This document shows, piece by piece, positions 40,129 through 54,420 of a stretch of DNA of 64,000 nt (positions within the stretch are counted from its first letter, which is position 1; every line of letters starts with the position of its first letter). Made by a program: the position numbers and the translations under genes. The stretch is from Octopus sinensis (lineage: Eukaryota), in NCBI RefSeq assembly GCF_006345805.1, contig NC_042998.1:70804001-70868000 (forward strand), in the 5' to 3' direction. The notes under the pieces were generated by a model. That model saw only the letters and a list, made by a program, of their open reading frames with translations, was not told the origin of the DNA and ran no database searches.

Positions 40129-41569
40129 TACATATATATATGTATATACACATATATATGTGTACGCTTGTGTGTGAGTGCGAGTGTATGTATCGATTCT
40201 TATTTTGCAAAGCAAATAAATACATTTACTTCGTGTCAAATAACCATTTCAGAAATATATGAAAGAGTTTTGGTTTGGTGTTTCTTTAATTAAATATTAA
40301 ATCGACAGAGAAGTCATTGAAGTTCCTCCCATACTTATTGAAGAGGAACTATAAACAACCAAAGCAAGCACAACTTTCATATATTTATACTAACATATCA
40401 ATATTGACACTTACAATACGTGTATGTATGAATGTATGTATGTATATATATATATATATATATAAAAATATATACAAATAGATATGTTTAAGTTTGTGTG
40501 AGTGTTGTGTGTATGAATGCGTGTGTGTTTGTATAGATTTGAATATGCATGCAAACACATACAATTTACACATATATACATCTCTGTATAGATTACACAC
40601 GTGTAAATATGTTTCGTGTGCGTGAGTGAGTATGTGTGTATGTATGTATGTGTATGTGTGTATGTGTGTGTGTGTGTGTGCATTCACTTTGGTAAAATTT
40701 TGTTTGTATTGTATGTATAATTGTTAATAAGCACAGACGAGTATACACACATATGCGCACTCACACTCTTATACACACACAGATATTTACACGAAATTTC
40801 AATTTCCCGAGTACCTCGTTATCTGGCACCTCTATTTCGACTTTTGTGAGAGACTATTTATCTGCCGGACTACAGATATGACATAATTATATTACAGAGT
40901 AAAATCCAAGGTGACGGCCCCTTCCTTTATAGCGAGTAAATCTTTAGAAATACATTTTTGCTTTTTCTGTAGAAACATGGAAACACTATCCCTACTCAAC
41001 AGCCGTAATGACAATACGAAGGCTCGGTATACTTAAAACTTAATATAATATCACACCATACACTTCTAAAACCTAGGTCGTAATCGAACGATCCTCTTTT
41101 GAAGAGAACCATAAAATACGTAATGTAATTTCGTATATGTAATTTCTTTTTCCACCTCATGATGAATCGTCGTTTTCTTTTTGCAGTGTGAGACCAAATT
41201 GTCTCTTGATATACTCTTCAGAGTTATGTTTACTCTTTGAATTATCATTTACAAACACTTTTTGGAAGGCACAGCAGGAGATAGATGTAACCAGCATAGG
41301 CAAGCAATTTCCTCATATCATTGGAGTTGCTATTACAGCCATCATTATCTTGGTTTTGAAGATATTTGCGCATGACATACACGGCTGTATATGTGCAGTA
41401 AGTAATATAGTATGTCGTGGCAAATTCAAGTTTGCGATCATAATTTTTCTATTTTAAAAGCGTTGCTCTAATACCACTTGTCAGTAAACAGAAAATCGTG
41501 TACGTTTTTTAACGTATGATATTATTCAGTTTATTTAAGATTCCTTGCGAATAGAGAAAGAACCGGTTT

Positions 41570-42215
41570 CTAACCTAGATCCAAGGTTCCTTCATTGCAA
41601 TTTAAACAACAACAACAGGGTATTTGTGTATGTATGTATCTATGTATGTATGTGCAGATTTGTATATTTTATGTATTCTCATGCATAGAGTTACATATCT
41701 AGACATGCTCGTATATATTTAAATGATAAACTTCTGTAAAGTTTTCCAGATTTTTACAGTTACAGTGATGGATTAGATCTGTAGCCTTCGAATTAGCGTT
41801 CTCCTTTCTATTTTGAGAAGCCTAATTTCTCAAGATTGGTATTTAGACAGTGTGTTACATATCCCAGGGCTCCAATAATTACAAGTATAAACCAGAACTT
41901 GCAATCTGTATAAAGTAACTGTAGATTTCTCAATAGGTCAGCATAGGTGTTCTCTTTTTCACTGATCTTCAACGTTATGTCAACATCTGCTGGGCAGCAA
42001 ATTTCCACAACTGTGCACAGTTTCTCTTCTCTATCCCAAATCATGATGTCAGGTCTGTTGTGCTTACGTTTTATTGAGGTCTTCCCTGGTACCAGTATTC
42101 CTTTTCCTTATGAGTGGCTATGGCTTCTACCATATTATGGGATTATATTTCTTTGTCCTTGGGCTTATACTTCCGACAGATTTCATTATCAAGTGTTCTA
42201 GCTACAACGTCATGT
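41570..42215 (-). mobile_element. R4/Dong-like non-LTR 3' end with restriction-like endonuclease (RLE)
   Basis: Minus strand RHDVVART...KHNRPDIMIWDREEKLCTVVEICCPADVDITLKISEKENTYADL...IIGALG shows the RHD / PD..E / K..Y RLE motifs, followed by a 3' UTR with (CATA)n. Confidence 0.88.
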
Positions 42216-42933
42216 TGTATGTACGTATGTATGTATAGATAAATTATTCAAATTTACAGAAAACAAAAGACGAAGGCAAGTGTAGGAACAATGAGCAAGT
42301 ATCAGGTTAACGGTCGGGAAGAATGGAAAAGTGTTTTACGATTCGAGCCTACGCTCTCCCAGAGAAAAGTCTAAGAGGAAAAAGAACGAAAGAGAATTAA
42401 AACAAAAACGTTTTGTATATAGTTAGATTTCCGACTACAACTGTATGAGTTAGAGCCTCACGTAGATTATCATTATCGAGGCGGTTTCCAGTATAATAGT
42501 TAACCAACCACTCTACTCAGCAGTTACTAATAATGCTCTATAGAGCTTACGAATCTCTTATTATAAAAGGCAGATTTTATCTGCCTCCCTTTGTATCTTA
42601 TAGAAATCTACAATATAGGATTTCTTCAAATACAATTTACCTAGCATTTTTAAGAGTAGAATGCATCGGGTCGTGCCAGGTCCAGTTTTTAAAATTTCAA
42701 CCCCAATTAAGCAAAATTTAGAGAAAACTCACATTGTGGTGTCTAAGTCAAATGCTTTTCTTAGTGTGGCCTACACCACACGCACACGCACACACAGAGT
42801 GTGCAACGAATGAAGTGAAAGTAATTCACTTTTTGTAGTGAGTGACTCTTTCACTCTGCCACTTCCTCTTTAAACACATTGACACGCAAATATATAAATA
42901 AAATTGTAAGCTAACGTGTGTGTGTGCGTGTGT

Positions 42934-42977
<44 letters not shown>

Positions 42978-43039
42978 GTGTGTTTGTGAGGGTGCGTGTG
43001 TGTGTGTGTGTGTGTGCGTGTGCGTGAGTGTGTGACAGG

Positions 43040-43551
43040 AAAGTTTTTTAGGACGAATATAAGACCTATATCCAAGTAGCAGAAAGATCGCCCAAAAGTG
43101 TATATAGATATTTAAATGTATTTATACATTCATCTATACACAGATGTATGTATAATGTGTGTGTATATATTTCCATAGACGTAACCATTTACTCCGCACA
43201 AAGTTTTTTAGGACGAAAATAAGATCTAAAGTTATCTCTAAGTAGCACAAAAATCGCCCAAAAGTGTATATAGATATATAAATGTATTTATATATTCATC
43301 TATGTACACATGTATGTATAACGTGTGTGTATATATTTCCATAGAGGTAACCATTCACTCCATACAAAGTTTTTTAGGACGAAAATAAGATCTAAAGTTA
43401 TCTCTAAGAAACAGAAAGATCGCCCAAAAGTGTATATAGATATTTAAATGTATTTATATATTCATCTATACACACATGTATGTATAATGTGCGTGTATAT
43501 ATTTCCATAGAGGTAACCATTCAATCCATACAAAGTTTTTTAGGACGAAAA
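43040..43551 (+). repeat. Minisatellite, ~160-166-bp unit, just over 3 copies, inside the Helitron
   Basis: aaagtttttaggacgaa.ataagat... recurs at ~43040, 43200, 43366 and 43532. Confidence 0.93.
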
Positions 43552-43797
43552 TATTTATATATATATAAGAAAGGTTGTGTGTCTGTCTACTCCGATTTAG
43601 ATTCCTAACTACTCCCACATTTTGCGATGCAGTTTAACCAAAACCGGGTATCTTATAGTCGTGATTCATATCGAGCCCTTCTGGGTATTAGCGCGCGTCT
43701 ACGATGAGTCTATGATTTTACAAATAATTTACCATCATTTTTTCCATTTTAATGCATATTTTTTAAATAAAGGGAAGTAACTCTCAAACTTCACACC

Positions 43798-44296
43798 AAT
43801 ATGCGTGCTCATATGCGACGTAATATCACATCAGCAGCATTTCCTCACACCCTCTTTGCACTTGGCGAAGGCAAAATACCAGGGGATGAAAATGGTAATA
43901 TTGCCATCGATTCCATTTGTACCATTGTTAAGACGCCTTCTGATCTCAGAGATGCAGTGTTCCCAGATCTACAAGCTAATTATCAGAATATGGATTGGAT
44001 TGGCAAAAAGGCTATACTGGCCCCGAGGAATAAAACTGTTCACCATATTAATGATGAAATGCTAAAACTCATTCCTGGGGAAGTCTATGTATATCAGTCT
44101 ATCGATACAACTCCTGACCCAGAGGACGTCATCAACTATCCAATAGAGGTACTCAATTCCTTTGAGCACCCCTGACTACCACCACACTTTCTCAAACTTA
44201 AAGTTGGAGCCCCTATAATGCTCATCAGAAATTTGGTTCCCCCAAAACAATGCAATGGCACACGTTTGATCGTTAAGTCCTTATCTCCCACCGTAA
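43798..44296 (+). pseudogene. Helitron RepHel PIF1-like helicase fragment
   Basis: NMR...AILAPRNKTVHHIN...YQSID...[48 protein letters not shown], with an in-frame stop at 44173-44175. Confidence 0.92.
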
Positions 44297-45057
44297 GCTT
44301 ATATCAATATTTGCCTGAATAATCATCATAATTCAGTGCAATCATTAACAGTACTTTCAAGCAATTCAGCCCCGAGCAACGCCTGGCAATTCAGCTAGTT
44401 GGAAATAAAGATGGACTCCAATATTTAGTACCTACATACGTTTCATCATTGCAGAAATATTTGATTTTTGTAAAATAATGCAATAGAGGATTTCCCTGAC
44501 AATCCATTGCAGTTAACCATCCGGGTGCACGTGGGACATCGAATAGTGAGCTCCACTTGGTTGCAATGGTGAAATGTAGGAAGGAAATCATTATAATAGT
44601 GCTTATCTAATATGAATTTGCGTGTGTGTCTGTGTGTGTTGTTCCCTTACAGTTATTTGTTACAAGGGAGATAATCATATCTACCTAATATTTAGGAATA
44701 AAGGAAACGATGCATAGAATACATCTATTTAATTTGTTGGTCTTTGCTGCTTACCTATTTCAACATTCTTAAAATTTCTAGTCTGTGGTAATTATATATC
44801 GCACTATTACATTCATTTTAGAAATCACCGGCATGACATAGCCTGAAATATATTAATTAAAAATTTCATGAAGCGAGAAATTTCTTATACATGGAAAATA
44901 ATTACAGTCTGGAAGAACTTCAAGGAATGTATGTTTGTCTTTTGTATATGATTTTTTCCTTCATAGAACATTAATAGTTAAGCAATCAAAAGAGAGAGAC
45001 TTGTATCGAATAATAGAGTATTTATATACATATACATATATATATGTACACACACAC

Positions 45058-45088
<31 letters not shown>

Positions 45089-45290
45089 GTATATATAAAT
45101 ATATATATATTTGTGTATATATATATATGTATATGTATATATATATATATGTATGTATATGTATATATATGTATATATACATATGTCTATATATATGTAT
45201 ATATTTGTGTGTATATATATATATATATATTTATAAATATATATTATGTATATGTATGCATACATACGTGCATACACACCACACATACAT

Positions 45291-45356
<66 letters not shown>

Positions 45357-45461
45357 CGGGAAGCTTTATGAAAATAGACAAAAGACGAAGGCAGGTTTAC
45401 GGAAATAAACAAGTAAAAGAGTAAAAGAATTAAAGAATATACATAAACAGGGTGCGATGAG

Positions 45462-45509
<48 letters not shown>

Positions 45510-45627
45510 CGTATATATATACATATACAAGCATATCTACATATACAATGCACACACATATATTGGAGAACGGCAATACTGCGACATCATCTTCCATGAT
45601 TTAGTTGTTCTTAACGAATACAGTAAC

Positions 45628-45815
45628 ATTCTTTTCTACTCTAGGCAGAAGGCCCGAAATTTTTAGGGGAGAGGGCCAGTCGATTAGATCGACCCCAGTA
45701 CGCAGCTGGTACTTAATTCATCGATCCCGAAAGGATGAAATCAAAGTCGACCTCGGCAGAATTTGAACTCAGAAAAGCATTTAGGTCGGCGTACTAACCC
45801 TTCTACCAGCTCACC
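45628..45815 (-). mobile_element. SINE family C
   Basis: Reverse-complement match to 38989-39200. Confidence 0.85.
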
Positions 45816-45943
45816 CTAGTATTGTCAAATATCTCTCTATTTGTCGGGCCTCTGGTTAAAACACAAATCAAACAATCAGAAGCAGGGATACGGACTCAAA
45901 TGTACATAGATACAGCCGAACGTAATACATAACGAGATTCGTG

Positions 45944-46016
<73 letters not shown>

Positions 46017-46027
46017 TACATATCGTA

Positions 46028-46398
46028 CTGTGTGGTAAGTATTTTGCTTACTAACCACATGGTTCTGGGTTCAGTCCCACTGCATGGCACCTTGGGCAAG
46101 TTTCTTCTACTAGCCTTGAGAGTGGATTTGGTAGACGAAAACTGAAAGTAGCCCGTTGTATATATGTATAAATATGTGTGTGTGTATATGTTTGTGTGTC
46201 TGTGTTTGTCCCTCCAACATTGCTTGACAACCGATGCTGGTGTGTCTACGTCCCCGTAACTTAGATTTTCGGCAAAATAGACCGATAGAATAGGTACTAG
46301 TCTTACAAAGAATAAGTCTTTGGGTGGATTTGCTCGACTAAAGGCGGTGCTCCAGCATGGCCGCAATCAAATGACTGAAACAAGTAAAAGAGTAAAAG
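46028..46398 (+). mobile_element. SINE family A
   Basis: ctgtgtggtaag...gggttcagtcccactgcatggcaccttgggcaag...atgactgaaacaagtaaaagagtaaaag. Confidence 0.9.
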
Positions 46399-46418
46399 AA
46401 TTAAAGAATATACATAAA

Positions 46419-47665
46419 CAGGGTGCGATGAGTAAATTGCCTCCATTTTATATTTTTCATTTCGCACATGCGCACTGCTTGTTTTTTTTAATCTTGTCTA
46501 CTCCAGAGAATATTAGGGTCAGTTTGGCACCGTCTGTGAGAAAAACAGCGCAATGACGTAATTTAGACTACCTGAAATTTGCAAACGACATGCTTGGCTT
46601 TCGGACCGGAAGCTCCAATACAAACATTTCAGGTGTATGGGTGTCAATCTCAGGACAGTACATAGGATGCGAATGAGTTGGATGAGTCTAATGATGATTG
46701 CGAAGGTACGGTAGCTTGGAAAACTCACTCTGATCGTTCTGATGAAAAAATATATACTGAATGTGTTGGTGAGATTGAGGCCATGATTGACAACGATCCC
46801 TCCAAGTCAATCAGGTCCACCGTCAGGGACATGGGAGAGTCTAAGTTTCACATCAGGCAGGCCGTGCATGACGACATTCGGAATTCCTCATTCAAGGTGG
46901 GAAAGAGCCAATTCTTATCTCAAGCCATCAAGTGTAAAGACCACGCTACGAAGGTTATGGACAATTTCATGCATCCCCTCAAACGAACAGGCTTTGGTTT
47001 TTCTCAAACAATGAAAATTTCTGCTAGGATCAGGTGGTGAACACAGAGAACAACCTTTGACTTGCCGTATCCCCAAAACATTTATCAAGAGTGATAAAAA
47101 TCAAACATCCAGTCAACGTCATAGTATTTGGAGTAATCAATAGTGGTGACGTTATGCCTGCATTCATCTTTCCACGCGGCCTGAAAATCAGCAGGGTGGC
47201 CTACATGTCCGGATGAGATAGTATGTCCCTGGGTCAAGATGGTGGCTGCTGGAAGACCCTATCTCTGGTAACAGGACTCTGCACTATACCAGAAACGCAA
47301 GAGAACCCAATCATGGCTGTTAGACAATTTCTGCAATCACATCACCCCTAACATCCGGCCACCTAACTTCCCAGATTGCAACACCCTTGGTTATTATGTG
47401 TGGAGCACAGATGAGCAAGAGACCAACAAAACTGCTTGTAATATCAAAGATGAATCGAAGGCAAGAAGACGGTCCAGAGGAGTTGAAGGAAATTCCAAAG
47501 TCGTCAAGAAGCCGATGTTGAAGCCAATAGCGATTTTATTGAATAACTCTACTCATTAGTATTTCATAATATTTTTGGGTAATTGTGGTAAATATATCTA
47601 TCAAAATGAGATGTCAGTAATATTATCATTTTTGCGTTAGACGACAATTTATTCACCGCACCTGT
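46419..47665 (+). mobile_element. maT/DD37D-family Tc1/mariner transposon, decayed
   Basis: TIRs cagggtgcgatgagtaaattg / caatttattcaccgcacctg followed by TA. Protein DNDPSKSIRS, KHPVNVIVFGVI and QD-(37 aa)-G in PNFPDCNTLGYYVW, where the third catalytic D has become G. Confidence 0.88.
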
Positions 47666-47682
47666 ATATACATACATTATAT

Positions 47683-47764
<82 letters not shown>

Positions 47765-48319
47765 TATATATATGTATATATATGTATATATAATATATAT
47801 ATATATTATATATATTATATATAGATATATATATGTGTATATAAATATATATTATATATTTATATATAATTATATATATATAATATGTATATATTTATAT
47901 ATTATATAAATATGCATATATATACTATAAATATATATTATATATTTATATATATTATACATTATATATATATATGTGTGTGTGTACGTGTATGCGTGTG
48001 TATGTATCTACACACACACACACACCCACATACACATACACACGCTCACACACACATACATACTCACACACACACACACACACATACACGAACTACTGTA
48101 TTGCATGAAAAGCAAGAAAACATACATAAATTTCAGATGTAATTTTAACCATATTTGTGCTCAACAATAAGTGTATAATTACATAATTGTGAAAACTATT
48201 AATTAATCTAACTGAAATTTATTTATATCAAATTTATTTAAAATTGTGTTTACCCTAACAGTCGCGAATTATTGTGTTATGTTAAGCATAAAACCGTTAC
48301 TTGTGTAGACATGTATGTT

Positions 48320-48371
<52 letters not shown>

Positions 48372-48499
48372 AACATATATATATGTGTGTGCGTGTGTGT
48401 GTGTGTTTATATGAATTAATTTGATTATAGCAAGCCTCACAAACTTTGGTGGTGGAAAGTATTGATGGTTGGAACTATTACAATATATTTATTATGGTG

Positions 48500-49300
48500 T
48501 ATGATTATAACCAAAAGCATATTTCTGTTCATGCGAGCAGTATCAGAAGATTTCGCGTGTACACTTAAGCAGGCATATATGATTTTCCTGTAATCCTATA
48601 TACATATCGAGGGCTGTGACATTTCGTTTTCTCTGTATATTAAAAGCGAACTTTTATTTGTTAAATAAGTCTTATCCCACCCATATGTTCCGCACGTCCG
48701 TCCACACACTGGGATCGTTTGATTTTACCTCATCTTCATATACATCGCTTTGTTGCATTGGAATTAACGTAGATATGTAGTGTTACCTGTGTATAAGCGT
48801 CTGTCTTAGGTATGGGTCTACCCACTAAAATTTTCTTTACACTAGATACATTGCTAAAAGAAACTTTTAAGGTGTGTCTATTAAATATTCTTCCGAACTT
48901 ATGCGTTTGGGAAAATTGTTTATAGACTAAGCTAAATGAAATATCTTAGCTACGCAAGTTTTTTAGTTCAGGGACACAAACTTTTCCAGTGGCGTTTTCT
49001 CACGGTGAGTCGTGTAACTAATCTTATTCTTAAATCCGCGGGCGGTCATACGTGTCCGTAGTATGAAAAATTTCTGATCTCGAACACCGGTTAGAAATTC
49101 TGCTGATCCCCTTAATCAGGTTGCTGAACACTATGGCTGGTCAATAGAAAGATTTATTAACATATACGTCAATCTCTGGTATAAATATAGCCACTTCGAA
49201 GAAATTAGCCATCATCAGTTTGGCTTCTATTGTGACGTTCAGTTAAACGGAACTCAAGTACGGGTAAAGGTTTTTCTAAGTCTATCAAGTATGTAGCTGT
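48500..49300 (-). mobile_element. Penelope-like (Naiad-type) RT-linker-EN remnant
   Basis: Minus strand DRLRK...NVTIEAKLMMANFFEV...YVNKS...NLIKGISRISNRCSRSEIF...HKFGRIFNRHTLKVSFSNVSSVKKIL. Confidence 0.72.
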
Positions 49301-49421
49301 TCGTCACTCTCGGGGTCAACAAAATGAAGTAACAGTAACAGCAACCGTCTAAAACTCATCCCTTAAAATTGATGTTAGAAACCACCACCACCACCACCAA
49401 CCACCACCACCACCACCACCG

Positions 49422-49456
<35 letters not shown>

Positions 49457-50269
49457 GTCGTCGTCATCATGATCATGATCATGATCATCATCTCTTCATC
49501 ATCATCATTATTATTAAAATCAATAGAATTCTTACCTACTGAAATGCTTCAAGAATGACCAACAAACACTTTTTGGAGTTTTTTTAATATTTTTGTTCTT
49601 TAATCTTTTATACTTATTTCCTAATTGAAATTTAGTTATTCTTTCAGTTACTATATTCTCGTTTTTGTAATTTTTCTGATCTGTTGAAATAAAATAGTTA
49701 CTTCAATTCACGTTTGACAGTTATTAGAAACACACACGCACACACATATAGGTATATACTATGCATGTGACTGGGTGTGTATGTCTGTATGTAATGAACG
49801 CTTTGAAATACTGAACTATAATGAGAATGAAATCAGGTTGATAAAAAAAACAAAAAAAAAACAATAAACAAACAATAGATCTGGGCGGAGTACGCATTGG
49901 TGAACTTTTACCTAACAAATTTGTTAGAAGTCGAACTTGTTAAACTCAAACGTACAGGCACACACACGCACAATTAAACACATACTCATACTCACATACA
50001 CATATACAGACGCACATATGATTTGATTACATTGTGACTCAATATGTGTGGCTGTGTATATAATTCGGAGTATAAATATTTGTTTACATAGTTGTATTTG
50101 TGTAGTTGAATATTTGCTCAAAACAGTTTTCCCATCCGCATAAGACTTATTTGTCTAAGTTCAACGGAAGCTAATCAGTAACGTGTGGTGAGCAGACGGA
50201 TGGACTATTAAGGTTGTTGCTTGGCAGATAGGATGGTATAGAGTTAGGCATTGAAAGTATGGATGTAAC

Positions 50270-50330
<61 letters not shown>

Positions 50331-50607
50331 CTAGTAGTAGTAGTATAAATGAATTAATCGGAAGAATTAGGTAGATGGATAGTTGTACATGATTTATTGC
50401 AATTACCCAAGACAAGGCAATGATACTGTTAGCGTTCAGTTAATACATTTCTGGTGAATGATTCCGACAGTAAGGTCGGAATCACGGTTTAGTAAAACGA
50501 AGAAGGGCGAAGCACCTGTTCTTTGTTCGTTCCGTAAAATAGATTGGGAGAAAGGAATTTACAGTTGCTGCTGAAGGAAGACATTTATTAGCATTTGGGT
50601 AATCCCT

Positions 50608-50802
50608 AGGCGGTGAACTGGCAGAATCATTAGCATGTCGGGCCAAATGCTTAACGGCATTTCGTCCGACCTTATGTTCTGAGTTGAAATTCCGCCGAGG
50701 TCGTCTTTGCCTTTTATCCTTTCGAAGTCGAACACTGGAGTTGATGTAATCGACTTATCCCTTTCACAAAATTACTGGCATTAATCCAAAATTTGAAACC
50801 AA
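50608..50802 (+). mobile_element. SINE family C
   Basis: ggcggtgaactggcagaatcattag...gagttgaaattccgccgaggtcg. Confidence 0.83.
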
Positions 50803-51089
50803 TTTTTAAGTATTCCTAACTTGCACTGGAATGGACACTGCTAAAAACACTCATTTTCCAAGTAGTAAATAATGTTAAGTGGGTTGAATTTTCAGTCTAC
50901 TATCAAAATGAAACAGACTGGGCTCCGTTAAGTCCCCACCAAATCGGATGGTGAACCGGATGTCCATTCAAAGGTTCCCTTCAAGAGTAGATACAACCGA
51001 TGGTCACCTACACAGGTTCTGTATGCTACTTTACTGGCTTATTTCGAGGATATGGCAGTAAACACTTATCTATGGGAGAACGTCAGGAT

Positions 51090-51340
51090 CACAATCATGA
51101 GGCAGTGAGTTCGATTCCTGGACAGGGCTGAGTGTTGTGTCCTTGAGCAAGATACTTTATTTCACGTTGCTTCAGTTCATTCAGCTGTAGAAATGAGCTG
51201 TGACGTCACTGGTACGAAGCTGGATCGGGCTTTGCCTTTCCCTTGGATAATATCGGTCTTCTATAAACAACCTTGTCCAGACTTGTACCACGGCGGGGAA
51301 CTTTCTAGGTGCAATGCCATGGTCGTTCATGACTACAGAC
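51090..51340 (+). mobile_element. SINE family B (tail type 2), diverged
   Basis: gagttcgattcc...tgtgtccttgagcaagatactttatttcacgttgc...ctttctaggtgcaat. Confidence 0.82.
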
Positions 51341-51584
51341 TTTTTTTTACACTTTATGGGACTGAGCAGTGAGACGTAACACGGAAATATATTATTGTAA
51401 AGCCAATATTTTAACTATACCACCATTGCAAAATATAGTATAAAATGTTAGCCGGAATGATTGCAAATTTTATTTTTGCCCCACGGTAGGAAATCAAACA
51501 TTACTCCGAAAGTAGTCATCCTCTAAACTTTAGATTAAAGACCTACTTTCACCTCTGTACTTTCTTTATCGGCCTATACTATTT

Positions 51585-52036
51585 GTTGGGCTCATACCAC
51601 CTCCACTCTAGCATTGACACATGACATGGACACATTGAAACTCTGACGTCTGGCAGCTGACTTGGCAGATACCCATAAAATTATTAACCATCTTACAAAC
51701 AACAACTCTGAGCACCTTTTCAAACTCCACCTGTCTAACACCCGTGGGCATGTTTCCAAAGTCAGAAAACAGCACAGCTCCTATGACATTCGGAAACATT
51801 TTTTCACGCTAAGAGTTGCTGAAGCATGGAACAGACTGCCAGCATCCTTCAAAACTTCCATGCTTCCTGAGACTCACCAACACTACACCTGATTTTCTCC
51901 CCTCCATACACACCACACGCAAGCATGTATCTGACTCATACACTGTTCGTTTTCCAGACATTTGTACGTTACTGCATATACTTTATACGCACTCTTTGAC
52001 AAGTTGTGGTGCACCTGAGCACTGTATACAATAATT

Positions 52037-52081
<45 letters not shown>

Positions 52082-52103
52082 TATTATTATTATTATTATT
52101 ATT
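51585..52103 (+). mobile_element. CR1-like LINE 3' end with (ATT)n tail
   Basis: TLKL*RLAADLADTHKII...NTRGHVSKVRKQHSSYDIRKHFFTLRVAEAWNRLP matches the CR1-type C-terminus (TRGH..K...RK.FF..RV...WN.LP). A 3' UTR and (ATT)n at 52038-52103 follow. Confidence 0.85.
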
Positions 52104-53444
52104 ATTCCCACCCCAGTTGGCTCAATCCCTCTCATCACTTATAGTGTATCCATACCTTCAGATTTGCTCTAGTCTGTACATCATGTCCTTCCTCAGAGGA
52201 CGTTGTCCTCCCGGAACCCCACCTTGCTCATGTTTTTTTTTGCATATGTTGGCTTATACAGAATTTAAGAAGAACATTAAAGGCGTTAGTCTTACCGGTG
52301 CATCAAATGAAAAGATTGTGTGCAATAAAGGTGCATTATTACATTCTGTTCGCTGTTCCATCAAAACTTTTCACTTTCCTCTCAAGAAATGGAAAACTTA
52401 ATTACAAAAAGTACTGCTCAGATCAATATTATAAATATACATTTGTCAACGTAGTTAATTATAAATATGTTATAATCATAAACATATTTAATATTGCATT
52501 TATGTTATTTATTACATTCTGCATTGAAAGATTGCTTCTAACTCAAGTATTATATGAAATATTTTACAGAACAGCGGAGAGCAAGAGTGAAGCGAAATAC
52601 TTTAGTTGGATACATGTCACATGTCCGATTAAATATTCACTTTATAGCTTACTAATTGCGTTTTATCATCAGTGCAACTAAAATCTCCAAGAGATAGTCA
52701 TCGAGTTCTGTGATTGTGATTTTACGAAAAAAGTTTGCCTTCATCAACAATTTTAATCTAATCAGTAATATCACACGATTTGAAACGTGATGACAATGGT
52801 AAATCATATAATCACGTATTCATGCTACAACATTGATGGCATTATGACAATACAATCAACAAACCACACATTAAAATTCAGATATTAATACATGTTTAAA
52901 AGATGTTGAAATCGAAAAAAAAAAAAAAAAAAAACAGAACGCGCAAATAATGTTTTATTAATGTATGAAACAATACGTGTAGAATTCTGATAGGACAATA
53001 AAGATAATTATTAAAATATTGCAATAAATTTCTATAACACGTATATAAGGACACACGCACACCTGCATACACATATATTGTCTCTTTCTCTGTCTACCTG
53101 TCTTTCTCTCACTCACTCTTTCATTCTTTCTCTTTCTCTCACTCTCTCCACACGCACACGCATATGCTTAAACCATAAAAAAGTCAGGAGGTATGAAAGG
53201 TGAATATATTTACTTAACCACTTGTTATCATTAGAATTACGGGCGTTTCGCAACGTTCTCCGTGTTATAATAATTTAGGAAGATTTCAGATTTATAGATA
53301 TTGATAAATATCGACAGTAATATTCAATATATACTACACATTAAGTCATACTTTTGTATAGTCACAAATCAATGCAGATAAAGAAAGTTACCCCAACACT
53401 TCAATTCTATATGCTTATTTTTGTGTGTATGTGTAGTTAACATA

Positions 53445-54420
53445 CACAGGGATGTGAGTTATACTGAGAGAAATGCAAATGTGAATACGAATTTCTTTTT
53501 ATTAAGTGAAGTTGCTCGTTTAAACTGCACATGTAGGTTGAGTTAAATTTTCTCTATACGAAGGTAATACTCATTGAACTCAACTGTCGAATACTCTTTG
53601 AAAAAATTCAGGCATGCGCTGGTGTACTCACATTTTTCCAGCACTTTTGCCTCACTTATGTTATCAAATCGTTGTCCCTATAGACTGCCCTTCATTAGAA
53701 CAAATACGGCGATGTTGGAAGGCGTCAGGTTCGAGCCGTACGGTTGATGGTAGACGATTGACTGACAGGATGACTGGAAGATTGGACAACTAGACGTCTG
53801 GACAACTGAGCAACTCAATCTGCAGATTACTTAATTTTGTTGCGAAAAATGTGTGGTCGTGCTTTGTTATGGTGGATGTGGATCATTTTCTAATTCTTCT
53901 TTTTCGGTCTCTTCCTCTTTAGGGATATCCTATGCTTTTTTAATGTGTCTTTGTACAGCTCATTGTTCACGTTACAGTCACGCCTTGTCATCTCACCGCA
54001 ACTTTCTTTGTTAATCGTTTGCTCTTCAATATTTTGGTCTTGAAGAGATGTAATGCCAACTGATGGGCTGAAATTTCATTTCATTCCCTGTCATCAGATC
54101 AATGGCTTTTCAAATTTCTCCTGTTGATCAGTGAAGACTTCTACACTTCTCTCCTTCAAATCAGGGATTAACTACTGATGTACTCAATTTGTATACGCTT
54201 TATTTTACGATACATAAAAGCCTACCTAATTTTCTGTAATGCACTGTGACCACAGTCTAGTTGTGCTCTAAGTTTACGGATTGAGCTTTGTTTGTCCACT
54301 TACTCCCAGTACATGTCATTAGTCGAAAATGATGATCTACCACTGAAGGGTTTGATTTCCATGCTGTTTTCTTTTCTTGAAACTTCATCTATCTGAGAGC
54401 GTAGGTTTTTTTAAAGGTGT
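53445..54420 (-). mobile_element. Decayed mariner (DD34D-type) transposon
   Basis: Minus strand IHIHHNKARPH (cf. LHHDNARPH) and HQPYGSNLTPSN (cf. HPPYSPDLAPSD). The ends are uncertain. Confidence 0.65.

Larger units (their letters stand above)
42554..44398 (+). mobile_element. Non-autonomous composite Helitron
   Basis: 5' A|TCTCTTATTATAAAAGGC. The 3' end has a GC-rich hairpin (cccgagcaacgcctgg) followed by CTAG|T at 44395-44399. It carries an internal (TG)n, a minisatellite and a helicase fragment. Confidence 0.85.

Noticed and set aside
41555-41600. Hammerhead-like hairpin plus GAAACCGGTTC at the R4/Dong 3' end
   Set aside because: The core reads CAATGA rather than CTGAnGA, so I cannot support it as a ribozyme.
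42330-42372. Minimal hammerhead (GAGC-gtag-GCTC-GAAT) on minus
   Set aside because: Both CUGAnGA and GAAA are disrupted in this copy.
43040-43551. CRISPR-like array
   Set aside because: Whole 160-166-bp units repeat with no unique spacers, in a eukaryotic context.
43801-44175. Host PIF1 helicase gene
   Set aside because: It is an intronless fragment with a stop, enclosed by Helitron termini.
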